From IMG/VR virus record IMGVR_UViG_3300050821_006672, positions 32,001 to 96,000 of that record: DNA of 64,000 nt. The stretch is one strand, 5' to 3'. Source of the DNA: a virus. The notes beneath the pieces were generated by a model. That model was not told the origin of the DNA and searched no databases. It saw only the letters and a program-made list of their open reading frames with translations. The translations under genes and the position numbers were made by a program. Positions 36,180 through 45,395 of the stretch are shown here, one piece after another. Position 1 is the stretch's first letter. Each line of letters begins with the position of its first letter.

Positions 36180-36716
36180 ATGGCTGACCGCAAATACCTC
36201 CCGACTTTCGCCGATCTCGTTGATAGGCTCTGCATTACGCAGATGAAAGCGATCTTCATCCCTGAACGGCAGGGCGAATACGTTGAAGAAATGTCGTTGA
36301 TTATGCATGACATCGATCTTATCTTGGAAAGTCAAGCTAAGACGATTGCCGCTACTGACGTTCGTGCGATGCTTGTGCTTATGTTGAGCAACCGTTTCAT
36401 ATGGGAGAATGAAACAAAAGCGCGAGCGGGCGGGACGGATCAGGACAAGCTTCTTAAATTGACTCATAGTATAAATGGCGTGAGGAATACAGCTAAGAAT
36501 GCATTGGCCCATATTGATGGCGGTCGGAGAGACTTCAAAACGGATTGCTTTGCTGCGGAGTTAGTTGCTGACTTCGGTAATTGGAATGTATTTGGAGTGC
36601 AGAACGGCGAGGCTCGATGGGAAACCGATCAGAGAAATTATACTCAACTGGCGGATAGACGGGATAAATCTGTGCATGGTGGGGCTGGGCGTGTTCTGCC
36701 CTCGTCGGATTATTAG
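36180..36716 (+). CDS. helical hypothetical protein (DUF4254-like), first gene of the sugar island
   Basis: ADLVDRLCI...NRFIWENE...INGVRN pattern. Confidence 0.6.
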   Translation: MADRKYLPTFADLVDRLCITQMKAIFIPERQGEYVEEMSLIMHDIDLILESQAKTIAATDVRAMLVLMLSNRFIWENETKARAGGTDQDKLLKLTHSINGVRNTAKNALAHIDGGRRDFKTDCFAAELVADFGNWNVFGVQNGEARWETDQRNYTQLADRRDKSVHGGAGRVLPSSDY

Positions 36717-36721
36717 GCAAG

Positions 36722-37336
36722 ATGCTCCAAATCGTAGCTAGAAACCGAATAACGCGCAGCGACTTGCAGGAGTTTACGCAGCGCGTTGCCGACGCGTTCA
36801 ATGCTGGCGAAATCCACGCTCCCGTCCACCTTAGCGGCGGCAATGAAGATCAGCTGATTGATATCTTCTCGGAGATCGCTCCAACCGACTGGGTATGCTC
36901 AACATGGCGTAGCCATTATCATGCGATCCTCAAAAACATTCCTCAAGAACAACTGATGTCGGACATTCGTGCGGGACGCTCGATCTCATTGTGCTATCCA
37001 GAACACCGTCTTATTTCCTCGGCAATTGTTGCGGGCTGTTTGCCCATTGCGGTGGGTCTTGCCTGGTCCATCAAGAATGCCGAGAAGGATGAGCACGTCT
37101 GGGCCTTCTGTGGTGATATGGCAGCGACAACCGGAATATTCTCCGAGTGCACTCGATACGCTGAGAGCTATCGCCTTCCCGTTACGTTCATAATTGAGGA
37201 TAATGGCAAGTCGGTCTGTACGAATACCAAACAAGTTTGGAACGGACAACACGATAATTGGCAAAGCAATGTGCGGTATTACTCCTACAAACTGCCATGG
37301 CCCCATAGTGGTGCCGGCAAACGAGTGAACTTCTAA
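36722..37336 (+). CDS. TPP-dependent dehydrogenase/transketolase E1 alpha-like subunit (short form)
   Basis: HLSGGNE, STWRSHYH, SAIVAG and TPP motif GDMA...IEDN. Confidence 0.88.
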   Translation: MLQIVARNRITRSDLQEFTQRVADAFNAGEIHAPVHLSGGNEDQLIDIFSEIAPTDWVCSTWRSHYHAILKNIPQEQLMSDIRAGRSISLCYPEHRLISSAIVAGCLPIAVGLAWSIKNAEKDEHVWAFCGDMAATTGIFSECTRYAESYRLPVTFIIEDNGKSVCTNTKQVWNGQHDNWQSNVRYYSYKLPWPHSGAGKRVNF

Positions 37337-37374
37337 CCGGCGAGTGGTGACGCCCCTCTTCCGGGAACAGGAAC

Positions 37375-37959
37375 ATGAACCTTAACCTTTGGGATTCAAG
37401 CAGAGGCACCGTTACAATCGGATTGCCGATGGACCTAGCTGCGGGGGCTTCGCAGACGGTGGCCGGTCAGGTACAGCTATCTTCTGCTGGGGTAAGCCCC
37501 GGTGCGACAGGCGCCGACAACGTGCTGGCTGTTTTCTCAATCCCGCCGGGCTCATTTGCGGCTGCTGGGAACGGGCTTTACATTGCGGCCTATGGCACAT
37601 TTGCTAACAACGGCAACAACAAGCGGGTGAAGATCATATTCAATCCTGCAACTGCCGTAGTTGGAGCGACTGTTGGGGCAGGCGGCACAACTATCGCTGA
37701 CACAACGACTTACTCCACCTCTGCGCTGTCCGCTTTCACGTTGGAGGCTACAGTTTTCAAATATGGTGCGGCGGGGAGCAATACGCAGATAGGCATAAAT
37801 GGTGAAAACACCGTAGCAGCGGTTAGCGAGACCCTCATTGTGCCTCAGCTTATTACTGCAAATGAGGCTGCGGTGATTCTCATTGCGGTTACTGGGAATG
37901 CTGGATCGGCCGTCGCAGACATCCTATTGAATGCGCTTGCGATAACTCCTATTTCGTAG
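37375..37959 (+). CDS. A/G/T-rich putative virion protein
   Basis: Composition resembles the decoration genes at 14-24 kb. Confidence 0.55.
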   Translation: MNLNLWDSSRGTVTIGLPMDLAAGASQTVAGQVQLSSAGVSPGATGADNVLAVFSIPPGSFAAAGNGLYIAAYGTFANNGNNKRVKIIFNPATAVVGATVGAGGTTIADTTTYSTSALSAFTLEATVFKYGAAGSNTQIGINGENTVAAVSETLIVPQLITANEAAVILIAVTGNAGSAVADILLNALAITPIS

Positions 37960-37969
37960 AGAGGCAGTC

Positions 37970-38266
37970 ATGGCAAGTTCACTTCCGCTCCAATTGAATG
38001 AAGACACTATTCCTGTGCTTCTCGCCAGAATGGGGACCCCCCTCAAAGGCGATGGGCAACTCCACCTTATGGCGGGCATGGCCTTTCGCGTTGGCGACGT
38101 ACTGTCTGAGGCGTCTGTTACTGCCATAGTTCCGGCTGTTGTAGCTACTCCCGCCAAGAACGGCATTCCTGCTCAGAACTTTACGGCGAGCGAGGCTGCT
38201 TTGCTTGTAGCGGAATTGCACAATAGAGGGGCGACTGTGGAAAGTAAGGGGAAGAGCAAAAGGTAG
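37970..38266 (+). CDS. hypothetical protein
   Basis: GAGG RBS; the stop overlaps the next start. Confidence 0.5.
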   Translation: MASSLPLQLNEDTIPVLLARMGTPLKGDGQLHLMAGMAFRVGDVLSEASVTAIVPAVVATPAKNGIPAQNFTASEAALLVAELHNRGATVESKGKSKR

Positions 38267-38787
38267 TGGGCTACTTTTCCAACCTCTGCGCTGCGATGCA
38301 ACTAGTCAGCGAGCATCCGCAGTCTGTCTTTATGGGACAAGCGGTTGCGTGCGAAGGAACGGCTATGTTCCGCACGCTCGCTGATGTTCCAATAGAAAAG
38401 CGCCTTGAACTACCAGTCGTTGAAGATATGCAGATGGGGATGGCAATTGGCATGTCCCTTAGCGGCCATCTCCCCGTTTGTATCTATCCAAGGTTCAATT
38501 TCCTGCTTCTCGCGCTGAATCAGCTTGTTCTGCACCTCGACAAGCTGCCTTTAATGGGCGATTACAAGCCGAAGGTGCTTGTCAGAACGGCTGTAGCAAC
38601 CTCGAAGCCGCTTTACCCTGGGCCGCAGCACATCGGAAACTACACGACTGCGCTCGCACATATGCTGGATACAGTAGCTATTGACCGGCTTGAGCACGCA
38701 GATGATATTGTCCCCGCGTATGAAAGAGCGTTGGGGCGCGACGGTTCGACGCTCTTAATCGAATATCATGAGAAATACGACGCTTAG
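38266..38787 (+). CDS. TPP-dependent E1 beta-like subunit (pyrimidine-binding domain only)
   Basis: FMGQAV, ELPVVEDMQMGMAIG, FLLLALNQL and GPQH. Confidence 0.88.
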   Translation: MGYFSNLCAAMQLVSEHPQSVFMGQAVACEGTAMFRTLADVPIEKRLELPVVEDMQMGMAIGMSLSGHLPVCIYPRFNFLLLALNQLVLHLDKLPLMGDYKPKVLVRTAVATSKPLYPGPQHIGNYTTALAHMLDTVAIDRLEHADDIVPAYERALGRDGSTLLIEYHEKYDA

Positions 38788-38795
38788 GGAGGTGC

Positions 38796-39566
38796 TTGGT
38801 GATACCTCGGAATAAAGACACGCTCTTCTATTTCAATGCGCTTAGGCTGTTGCCGCGACGCGCCTATGGCGTTGTATACTTACTTACGAACATAGACACG
38901 GGGCGATCTTATGTAGGGCAGACTACACAAGCCGTTCCTTTTGATCGAATATTTACACATCGAAAGAGCGCCCTAAGCGGGAATAGCAGTAACATCCTGC
39001 ATCGGGCCATACGAAAGTACGGTTGGTCGGCATTTCGAATTGAAATTATTGCCAACTGCGATAACCGAAAAGCGTTGGATGCTGCTGAAGCGTATTTTAT
39101 TGAACTATACCAGACGATGTCCCCAAACGGCTATAATATGAAGCATGGGGGTGCCAAAGGGCGATTTTCTGAACAATTTAAGCGCAAGCTTCGAAGAGTC
39201 CACTCTGCTCCTAAAGTCAGCCAAAAGCATCGAGAAACTATCACTGCATGTTGGGCCGACCCAGCGCATATGGCGAAGCTAAAAGTAACTTGGAAGGTCA
39301 AAAATGCTTTGTCGGCTCCCGCACGCGCAGAAAAGAAGCGTGTTAAAAGGGAAGCGTGGATAGCTACTAAGCCCGAGCGCCTTGCTAAGAAAAATGCAGC
39401 TATAAAAGCTGCGCATAGCAGGCCTGAGGTAAAAGAAAAAGTCGGACGTGGTACAAGAAATAGCCGATGGATTTGTAGGGGGATAGCGTCGCAACGATTA
39501 AAGCTGGGAGAACCCCTTCCTAAGGGTTGGAATTTCGGAAGGGGAGCTTCTTATGAGCGCTCGTGA
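38796..39566 (+). CDS. GIY-YIG homing-type endonuclease
   Basis: GVVYLLTN...SYVGQT...R...H...LHRAIRKYG...E...PNGYN; basic C-terminal DNA-binding region. Confidence 0.88.
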   Translation: MVIPRNKDTLFYFNALRLLPRRAYGVVYLLTNIDTGRSYVGQTTQAVPFDRIFTHRKSALSGNSSNILHRAIRKYGWSAFRIEIIANCDNRKALDAAEAYFIELYQTMSPNGYNMKHGGAKGRFSEQFKRKLRRVHSAPKVSQKHRETITACWADPAHMAKLKVTWKVKNALSAPARAEKKRVKREAWIATKPERLAKKNAAIKAAHSRPEVKEKVGRGTRNSRWICRGIASQRLKLGEPLPKGWNFGRGASYERS

Positions 39567-40686
39567 ATTTTGGTTTCCTACTGGGTTCAAATATTGGGGA
39601 GTGGAAGAAGACGAAGCCATTGCTAGAGTGATATCTAGCGGCTGGTTTACATACGGCAAAGAGGTTGCAGCTTTTGAAGAAGAGTACGCTGCTTACCACA
39701 AGCGCAAGTATGCGGTTATGGTGAATAGCGGCAGTTCCGCTAACTTGATTGCTGTAGCTGCTCTTTGTAATTTGCGATCTCGAAAGCCGTTATCCCGCGG
39801 GGATACGGCCCTTGTTCCCGCGGTTGCTTGGTCAACAACCTATGCTCCCTTAATACAGCACGGTCTAGAATTGCGGCTGCTTGACGTAGACGATACTTGG
39901 AATGCATATCCTTATGGGGGTACTGAGTCCTTTAGGCTAATCGTCGGGTGCTCCATATTAGGTAGTCCTGCTCGACTGGAAGAATGCCAAAAGTTTGCCA
40001 ACCGTAACGGAGCGTATTTCATCAATGATGACTGCGAATCTCTAGGTGCCTCGATTGGAGGACGAACAACCGCATCTTTCGGTTTGATGGCAACCAGTAG
40101 TTTCTTCGCTTCCCATCAGATATCTGCTATCGAGGGCGGCGCTATTTTGACAGATGAGGATGAATGCTATAGACTTTGTCGTATGCTGCGCAGCCATGGG
40201 TGGACGCGAGACGTTGAGCCTCCAAAGAACTTTGATGAAGAATATTCGTTCGAACTTTTCGGTCTAAATGTTCGTCCAGTCGAGATGCACGCGGCTATAG
40301 CTCGGGAGCAGTTGAAGAAGCTTTCACATATGATCGATGCACGTCAGAAGAACTTGGATCATTTTTGGAGGCTGATGCAGGGCCTACCAATCGCATTGCA
40401 GGGTCATTATCTAGGGACTAAGCGATCGTCCTTTGGCATCGCCTTTACGGTAGCGAACAAGAACATTCGATCTAAGCTGGCCGACGCGCTACGCGCTGAG
40501 GATATTGACTGTCGCTTACCCACGGGAGGGTCATTCCGTATGCATAAGTATGGTGAGCGGTGGAGAGCGCAGGCAACGCCTAATGCTGACCGCATCCACG
40601 AGACTGGGTTGTTCCTTGGGCTTGCGCCGTTCCCAATTGAGGATAAAATCGAGCGTGCTGTGAATGTTATGAAGGGGGTATTGTGA
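39553..40686 (+). CDS. PLP-dependent DegT/DnrJ-family enzyme, ColD-like NDP-4-keto-6-deoxyhexose 3-dehydratase
   Basis: VNSGSSANL and DDCESLGA. SSFFASHQISAIEGG has His at the usual Schiff-base Lys position. RSHGW is present and the Fe-S Cys motif is absent. Confidence 0.85.
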   Translation: MSAREFWFPTGFKYWGVEEDEAIARVISSGWFTYGKEVAAFEEEYAAYHKRKYAVMVNSGSSANLIAVAALCNLRSRKPLSRGDTALVPAVAWSTTYAPLIQHGLELRLLDVDDTWNAYPYGGTESFRLIVGCSILGSPARLEECQKFANRNGAYFINDDCESLGASIGGRTTASFGLMATSSFFASHQISAIEGGAILTDEDECYRLCRMLRSHGWTRDVEPPKNFDEEYSFELFGLNVRPVEMHAAIAREQLKKLSHMIDARQKNLDHFWRLMQGLPIALQGHYLGTKRSSFGIAFTVANKNIRSKLADALRAEDIDCRLPTGGSFRMHKYGERWRAQATPNADRIHETGLFLGLAPFPIEDKIERAVNVMKGVL

Positions 40687-40920
40687 TGTCTCGTCCTAAA
40701 GCATCCTACCGTGCCGAGCGACGACGTACTTGTCGCCAAATGCGAATGATTTGGAGCGAATTTCAAAAGCGCCACCCAGTAGAATCGCTGCGACCTAAGA
40801 AGAAACAATACAAAGGGACATCAGGCTGATGTCTCTTATGCAAGGTGTCGTTGTAGGATTATTGATAGAGGCCGAAGCGGTAGTTATTACCTTGCTGATT
40901 TTTCATCTTTTTGGAGCTTT

Positions 40921-41232
40921 GTGGTGATGTTAAGCAGATTTTGGTTTTGGGTTAATCGTATTGACATAATTTCGGAGGCTGAGGGCGAAGACTGGGCGCG
41001 TGAGTGGATGCGAGAACACGGTTGTAAGTGGAACGGGTTTTGTAGTTACTGGTTCAAATGGGAAGAGGTGCTTAATGATGAGGTTCGACAAGGATTAAAG
41101 CCTGAGCCGCTTTTATGGCAAATTCAACGCGAGAGTACGCAGCGAAAACGTAGGCGTCGCGATAAATACGATTGCTGGGATCGGCTAATCGGTAACGACC
41201 TCTTCGATACCATTCACGGTGGTATTTTCTGA
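40921..41232 (+). CDS. hypothetical protein
   Basis: Trp-rich ORF whose stop overlaps the epimerase ATG. Confidence 0.4.
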   Translation: MVMLSRFWFWVNRIDIISEAEGEDWAREWMREHGCKWNGFCSYWFKWEEVLNDEVRQGLKPEPLLWQIQRESTQRKRRRRDKYDCWDRLIGNDLFDTIHGGIF

Positions 41233-42206
41233 TGCGCTGTTTGATAACTGGCGGCGCTGGCTTCATCGGTAGCGTTCTCGTCCCCTCCCTTCTCAACGAA
41301 GGCTTCGCTGTTACTGTCGTTGATAACTTTATGTATGGCAACTCGCTATCGCTAGCGGCTTGTTGTACCCATTCCAAATTCGACGTTATCCGAGGCGATG
41401 CGCGCGATCCAAGGGTAATCGGCCCGCTGCTCGCTAAGCACGATGTAATTATTCCCCTTGCTGCGATCGTCGGCGCTCCTGCTTGCGATAACGATGTGTG
41501 CGCTACGGGGACAACGAATGTCGTTGCTATCGAGAATATGGTATCGAAGCTTTCCGCCGACCAATGGATTATCGCGCCTATCACTAACAGTGGCTATGGG
41601 ATCGGTTCGCAGGACGAGTGCACCGAGGAATCGCCTCTGAACCCCGTCAGTCTTTACGGAAAGTCAAAGGTCGAAGCAGAGAAGGCAGTTCTCAGCCACA
41701 AGAATGGGATTAGCCTGCGCCTTGCGACGGTGTTTGGTATGTCGCCTCGGATGCGTCGTGACCTGCTGGTGAACGATTTTGTCTGGCGTGCTGTAACCGA
41801 CCGCGCGGTGACGTTGTTTGAGGCCCATTTCCGCCGTAACTACGTGCACGTGCGAGATGTGGCTAGGGCCTTTTTGCATGTATTTAGCTGTTTTGCTGGT
41901 GAGGAAAATAAGTATCTAGCAGTTCTTCCTCCTGTGGGCCTTCCGCTTGCGTCAGGCGCTTACAACATTGGTCTTAGCGATGCCAATCTGTCCAAGCTCC
42001 AGCTTTGCGAAAAGATCAAAGAACACGTTCCCGGCTTTGTGTTCTGGGAAGCGCCTGTGGGTGAGGATGCGGACAAGCGCGATTACGTCGTAAGCAACAA
42101 GAAGATCGAAGCCACTGGATTTCGATGTGAGTACAGCCTGGACGACGGTATTCGCGAGCTAGCCAAAGGCTATCGGATGATGCGGAGGGAGTACTCGAAT
42201 GTATAA
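41232..42206 (+). CDS. NAD-dependent epimerase/dehydratase/reductase (extended SDR)
   Basis: TGGAGFIG, YGKSK and LRLATVFG. Confidence 0.93.
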   Translation: MRCLITGGAGFIGSVLVPSLLNEGFAVTVVDNFMYGNSLSLAACCTHSKFDVIRGDARDPRVIGPLLAKHDVIIPLAAIVGAPACDNDVCATGTTNVVAIENMVSKLSADQWIIAPITNSGYGIGSQDECTEESPLNPVSLYGKSKVEAEKAVLSHKNGISLRLATVFGMSPRMRRDLLVNDFVWRAVTDRAVTLFEAHFRRNYVHVRDVARAFLHVFSCFAGEENKYLAVLPPVGLPLASGAYNIGLSDANLSKLQLCEKIKEHVPGFVFWEAPVGEDADKRDYVVSNKKIEATGFRCEYSLDDGIRELAKGYRMMRREYSNV

Positions 42207-42516
42207 GCTCGTATTCAAAGTCATCGATGATGAAACAAAAGAAGATGTCTTTCCCTATCAGCAGACATTGCTTGAATTGTCCGAGGACATTTTACGCAAG
42301 GCCGACGAGAAAGACGCCGATGCGATCAAGAAAGAAATTGAACTCCTAGGCGGGCAAGAGATGTATGCTACCTATGTCCGTAACGGACGAGGTAGAGTGG
42401 TTAGAGATATTTGCCAAGCTGCTGGGATCATCGTTAGCAGAGTCATTGAGAGGCATTTAGCTACTCGTCTTGGTTGTAAGCACATTGCGCTGCTTGATAA
42501 GGCGAAGGAGCGGTGA
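42199..42516 (+). CDS. hypothetical protein
   Basis: GGAG RBS; overlaps the upstream stop. Confidence 0.5.
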   Translation: MYKLVFKVIDDETKEDVFPYQQTLLELSEDILRKADEKDADAIKKEIELLGGQEMYATYVRNGRGRVVRDICQAAGIIVSRVIERHLATRLGCKHIALLDKAKER

Positions 42517-42552
42517 GTTCGTTTGGGAAGGGACTGACGAGAAGGTGGGGGC

Positions 42553-42807
42553 GTGAGTATTAAGCTAGCCAAGCCTGAGCACGAGGTTCTTTATCAGGAT
42601 TTGTGTAATCTTGTTGGTAAGCACGGGGATAAAGTTGATGCATTTGAAATGCTGGCGATTGCGGCGAATATGATAGGCAAGCTTATTGCTATGCAGGACC
42701 AGAGGAAGATTACAAGGGAAATGGCGCTAGATTTGGTAATTCGGAATATTGAAGAAGGGAATAAACAAGTGCTGGAGCAGCTACATAATACTGTTGGGCG
42801 AGGGTAA
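42553..42807 (+). CDS. hypothetical protein
   Basis: 84 aa helical ORF in operon. Confidence 0.55.
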   Translation: MSIKLAKPEHEVLYQDLCNLVGKHGDKVDAFEMLAIAANMIGKLIAMQDQRKITREMALDLVIRNIEEGNKQVLEQLHNTVGRG

Positions 42808-42811
42808 ACAG

Positions 42812-44329
42812 ATGTATGAAGCAGACGCTCTCGTCGGTGACAACTACAGCTACGATCTCGCTATTATTCACCCGTGGCCTCGCGGTATTTATAGTCACCT
42901 TGAAGACGAGTTCGCAGCGGTCGAGCCGCCTTTGTGGGTGCGACTTATTGGGGGATACATTCGCGACCAGCGCTATTCGGTTGCAGTCATCGATCAGGAA
43001 GCCGAACAGCTCAACGATGTCCAGGTAGCGGCAAGGGTCTTTTCCTATCGACCTCGTGTCGTCGCTATCGTCGCTTACGGCCATCAGCCTTCGGCCTCTA
43101 CTCAACAAATGGTCGGAGTTCGCAGTGTTGCGAAAGCCGTGCGGACCGTAACCCCCGCGAAGATCATTATTGTAGGAGGTCACGTTTCGGCGCTTCCCGA
43201 GCGCACGCTGAAAGAGGAAAGCGTTGATTATGCTTGCGTGGGGGAAGGTCCGTTGACTATCCTTGGACTTTTGCAAGAGAAAGTCCTTGGCGAAATCCCT
43301 GGGTTGGTATGGCGAGATAGCGAGCAGAAGGCTGTTAAAAATATGCCAGCAATGCTTTTGGAGCCCTACTTTCTCCGCGGAAGCCTGTGGGACAAATTAC
43401 CGCTCCAACGCTACCGCGCCCATAATTGGCAATGTTTCGGTGATATCTCCGCGCGCCAGCCCTATGCTTCAATCTACACAAGTCTGGGGTGTCCCTTCAA
43501 ATGTCACTTTTGTTGTATCAACGCGCCCTTTGGGAACAGCAGCTACCGGCTCCGATCTCCTGTGGACGTAGTAGAGGAAGTTGACCGTTTATACAGGTAT
43601 GACGGCGTCAAGACGTTCAAAATTATTGACGAGATGTTTGTTCTTAATCCAAAGCACTACGTCGCGATTGCGGAAGGCTTATCCGCCCTGCCCTTCGCAG
43701 ACGATCTGAATTTCTGGGCTTACGCTCGCGTCGATACCGTTAAGGAAGGGCATCTAGCGCTCTTGCGAAAAGCAGGCATCCGTTGGCTGGCATTAGGTAT
43801 TGAGTCGGCAAGTCAGTACGTCCGCGACGGCGCTGACAAGCGCTACTCCAACGAGGATATCGCCGAGGTCGTACGTGCGGTGCAGAAGGCTGGGATCAAT
43901 GTCATCGCCAATTATATTTTTGGCCTGCCCGATGATGACCTCAATTCGATGCGAGCCACCCTGCAAATGGCGTGCGATCTCAATACCGAGTTCGCTAATT
44001 TCTACTCAGCGATGGCCTATCCTGGCTCTCCGCTATACCAGCAGGCTTTGTCGGAGGGGTGGAAGCTACCGGAGACATGGGCAGGCTATTCACAACACAG
44101 TTACGAGACTTATCCGCTGCGGACGAAGCATGTAGATGCGGCGACCGTACTGAAATTCCGGGACGAAGCATTTGACATCTACTTTACTCGTCCTGATTAT
44201 CTCGACATGCTCTTGGATAAGTTCGGTATCGAAGCTGTTGAGCACGTCCAGCGTATGACCAAGAGTAAGCTGAAGCGTCGCCTGTTGGAAGATACTTACG
44301 CTCCGAAAGAGCGAGTGTCGTCGCATTGA
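42812..44329 (+). CDS. cobalamin-dependent (class B) radical SAM enzyme
   Basis: B12-binding region IVGGHVSALP...GEG, TSLGCPFKCHFC, LGIES, YIFGLP and AYPGSPLY. Confidence 0.92.
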   Translation: MYEADALVGDNYSYDLAIIHPWPRGIYSHLEDEFAAVEPPLWVRLIGGYIRDQRYSVAVIDQEAEQLNDVQVAARVFSYRPRVVAIVAYGHQPSASTQQMVGVRSVAKAVRTVTPAKIIIVGGHVSALPERTLKEESVDYACVGEGPLTILGLLQEKVLGEIPGLVWRDSEQKAVKNMPAMLLEPYFLRGSLWDKLPLQRYRAHNWQCFGDISARQPYASIYTSLGCPFKCHFCCINAPFGNSSYRLRSPVDVVEEVDRLYRYDGVKTFKIIDEMFVLNPKHYVAIAEGLSALPFADDLNFWAYARVDTVKEGHLALLRKAGIRWLALGIESASQYVRDGADKRYSNEDIAEVVRAVQKAGINVIANYIFGLPDDDLNSMRATLQMACDLNTEFANFYSAMAYPGSPLYQQALSEGWKLPETWAGYSQHSYETYPLRTKHVDAATVLKFRDEAFDIYFTRPDYLDMLLDKFGIEAVEHVQRMTKSKLKRRLLEDTYAPKERVSSH

Positions 44330-44685
44330 CCCCCGTCTACCAAACGAAATCGGGTCCAGAGGTCGGCAACTGTTATCAAGCCTCGGTTGCCAGCCTTTTG
44401 GGCCTTCCTCTCGAAGATGTTCCTGACTTTGGGCAAGAGGATGATCCAGAGCGATCCTATAAAGACTTTGTCTACGGGCTCGGTTTTGTTGTGCTCAAAC
44501 CACCGATTACTCTTAAGCCGAATTGCTATTACCTCGCTTTTGGACCCTCGATTGTTACTGGACGGCCGCACGTTGTCGTCTATCGCGCCGGTCGTCTCGA
44601 ACACGATCCCCACAAGGGCCGTAACGGATTGAGTTCGGTTGAGGTAATTCACCTATTGGTTCCGATGGAGATTGATCTGTCGTGA
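44326..44685 (+). CDS. small papain-like (C39-like) phage protein
   Basis: GNCYQASVASLL...HVVVY...HDP, giving a Cys-His-Asp pattern. Confidence 0.55.
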   Translation: MTPVYQTKSGPEVGNCYQASVASLLGLPLEDVPDFGQEDDPERSYKDFVYGLGFVVLKPPITLKPNCYYLAFGPSIVTGRPHVVVYRAGRLEHDPHKGRNGLSSVEVIHLLVPMEIDLS

Positions 44686-45395
44686 GCTTAGCGACTGACG
44701 GAGGCTTTTGGGAATTGAAGGACGGCGATTGGCACGGTCCTGACGTTATCGAGCATTTGATAGATGCCGAGACTTGCGTCGTTGCTTTTGCCTCAAACGA
44801 GGGCGAGTTCTCTGTCGAGATGCCTCATTTTGAATTCGGTAAGACGTTGCGGGGAATGGGCGTTGCTTACGTCCTAGTACGAGACTCCACAGGCTATCGG
44901 CAGCATTACGGTATTCAAGGTATTGGAGATCGCGCAGCTGTTGTAAGTTACCTGCTTCAACTTGGCGATAAGTATCAACGCTTAGTCCTAGTCGGTCTGT
45001 CCTCCGGCGCGCTAGCTGCAATGATGTACGGTCAGCTGATGGCAATGGATGCACTATTTATTCACGACGGTTTAGAAGTCATTGCGATCTCGCCTTATAG
45101 CGACGTAGGCGATCCTCCTGGCGCGTATGGTAAAGATTGGCAATCTCGCGGACCTTGGGACGTGTTGAGTATGAGTTTACTATCAGACATCAAGCCTATC
45201 TTCGAGGGCGGTCCCAAAGTAAAAATCCGAGCATTCTACAGTGACGGCATTGGGACGGAGTATGACTTTGAGCAGGCGCATCGGATTGGAGTTACTGACT
45301 TGACGCTAGTTCCTGGAGCTTCCCACTCTGGACTAGGGAAGCTTATGCGCGACAAGGGCTTGCTGCAAAAGGTATTGCTGGGGAAACAGACTTGA
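44682..45395 (+). CDS. alpha/beta-hydrolase-fold protein (esterase/acyltransferase-like)
   Basis: Nucleophile elbow VGLSSGA, a downstream Asp and GASH. Confidence 0.65.
   Translation: MSLATDGGFWELKDGDWHGPDVIEHLIDAETCVVAFASNEGEFSVEMPHFEFGKTLRGMGVAYVLVRDSTGYRQHYGIQGIGDRAAVVSYLLQLGDKYQRLVLVGLSSGALAAMMYGQLMAMDALFIHDGLEVIAISPYSDVGDPPGAYGKDWQSRGPWDVLSMSLLSDIKPIFEGGPKVKIRAFYSDGIGTEYDFEQAHRIGVTDLTLVPGASHSGLGKLMRDKGLLQKVLLGKQT

Noticed and set aside
36722-38787. Pyruvate dehydrogenase auxiliary metabolic genes
   Set aside because: The subunits are truncated, there is no E2/E3, and the context is nucleotide-sugar biosynthesis.
38796-39566. Group I intron housing the GIY-YIG ORFs (also 9469-10116)
   Set aside because: The flanking genes look complete and abut the endonuclease ORFs, leaving no room for an intron core.
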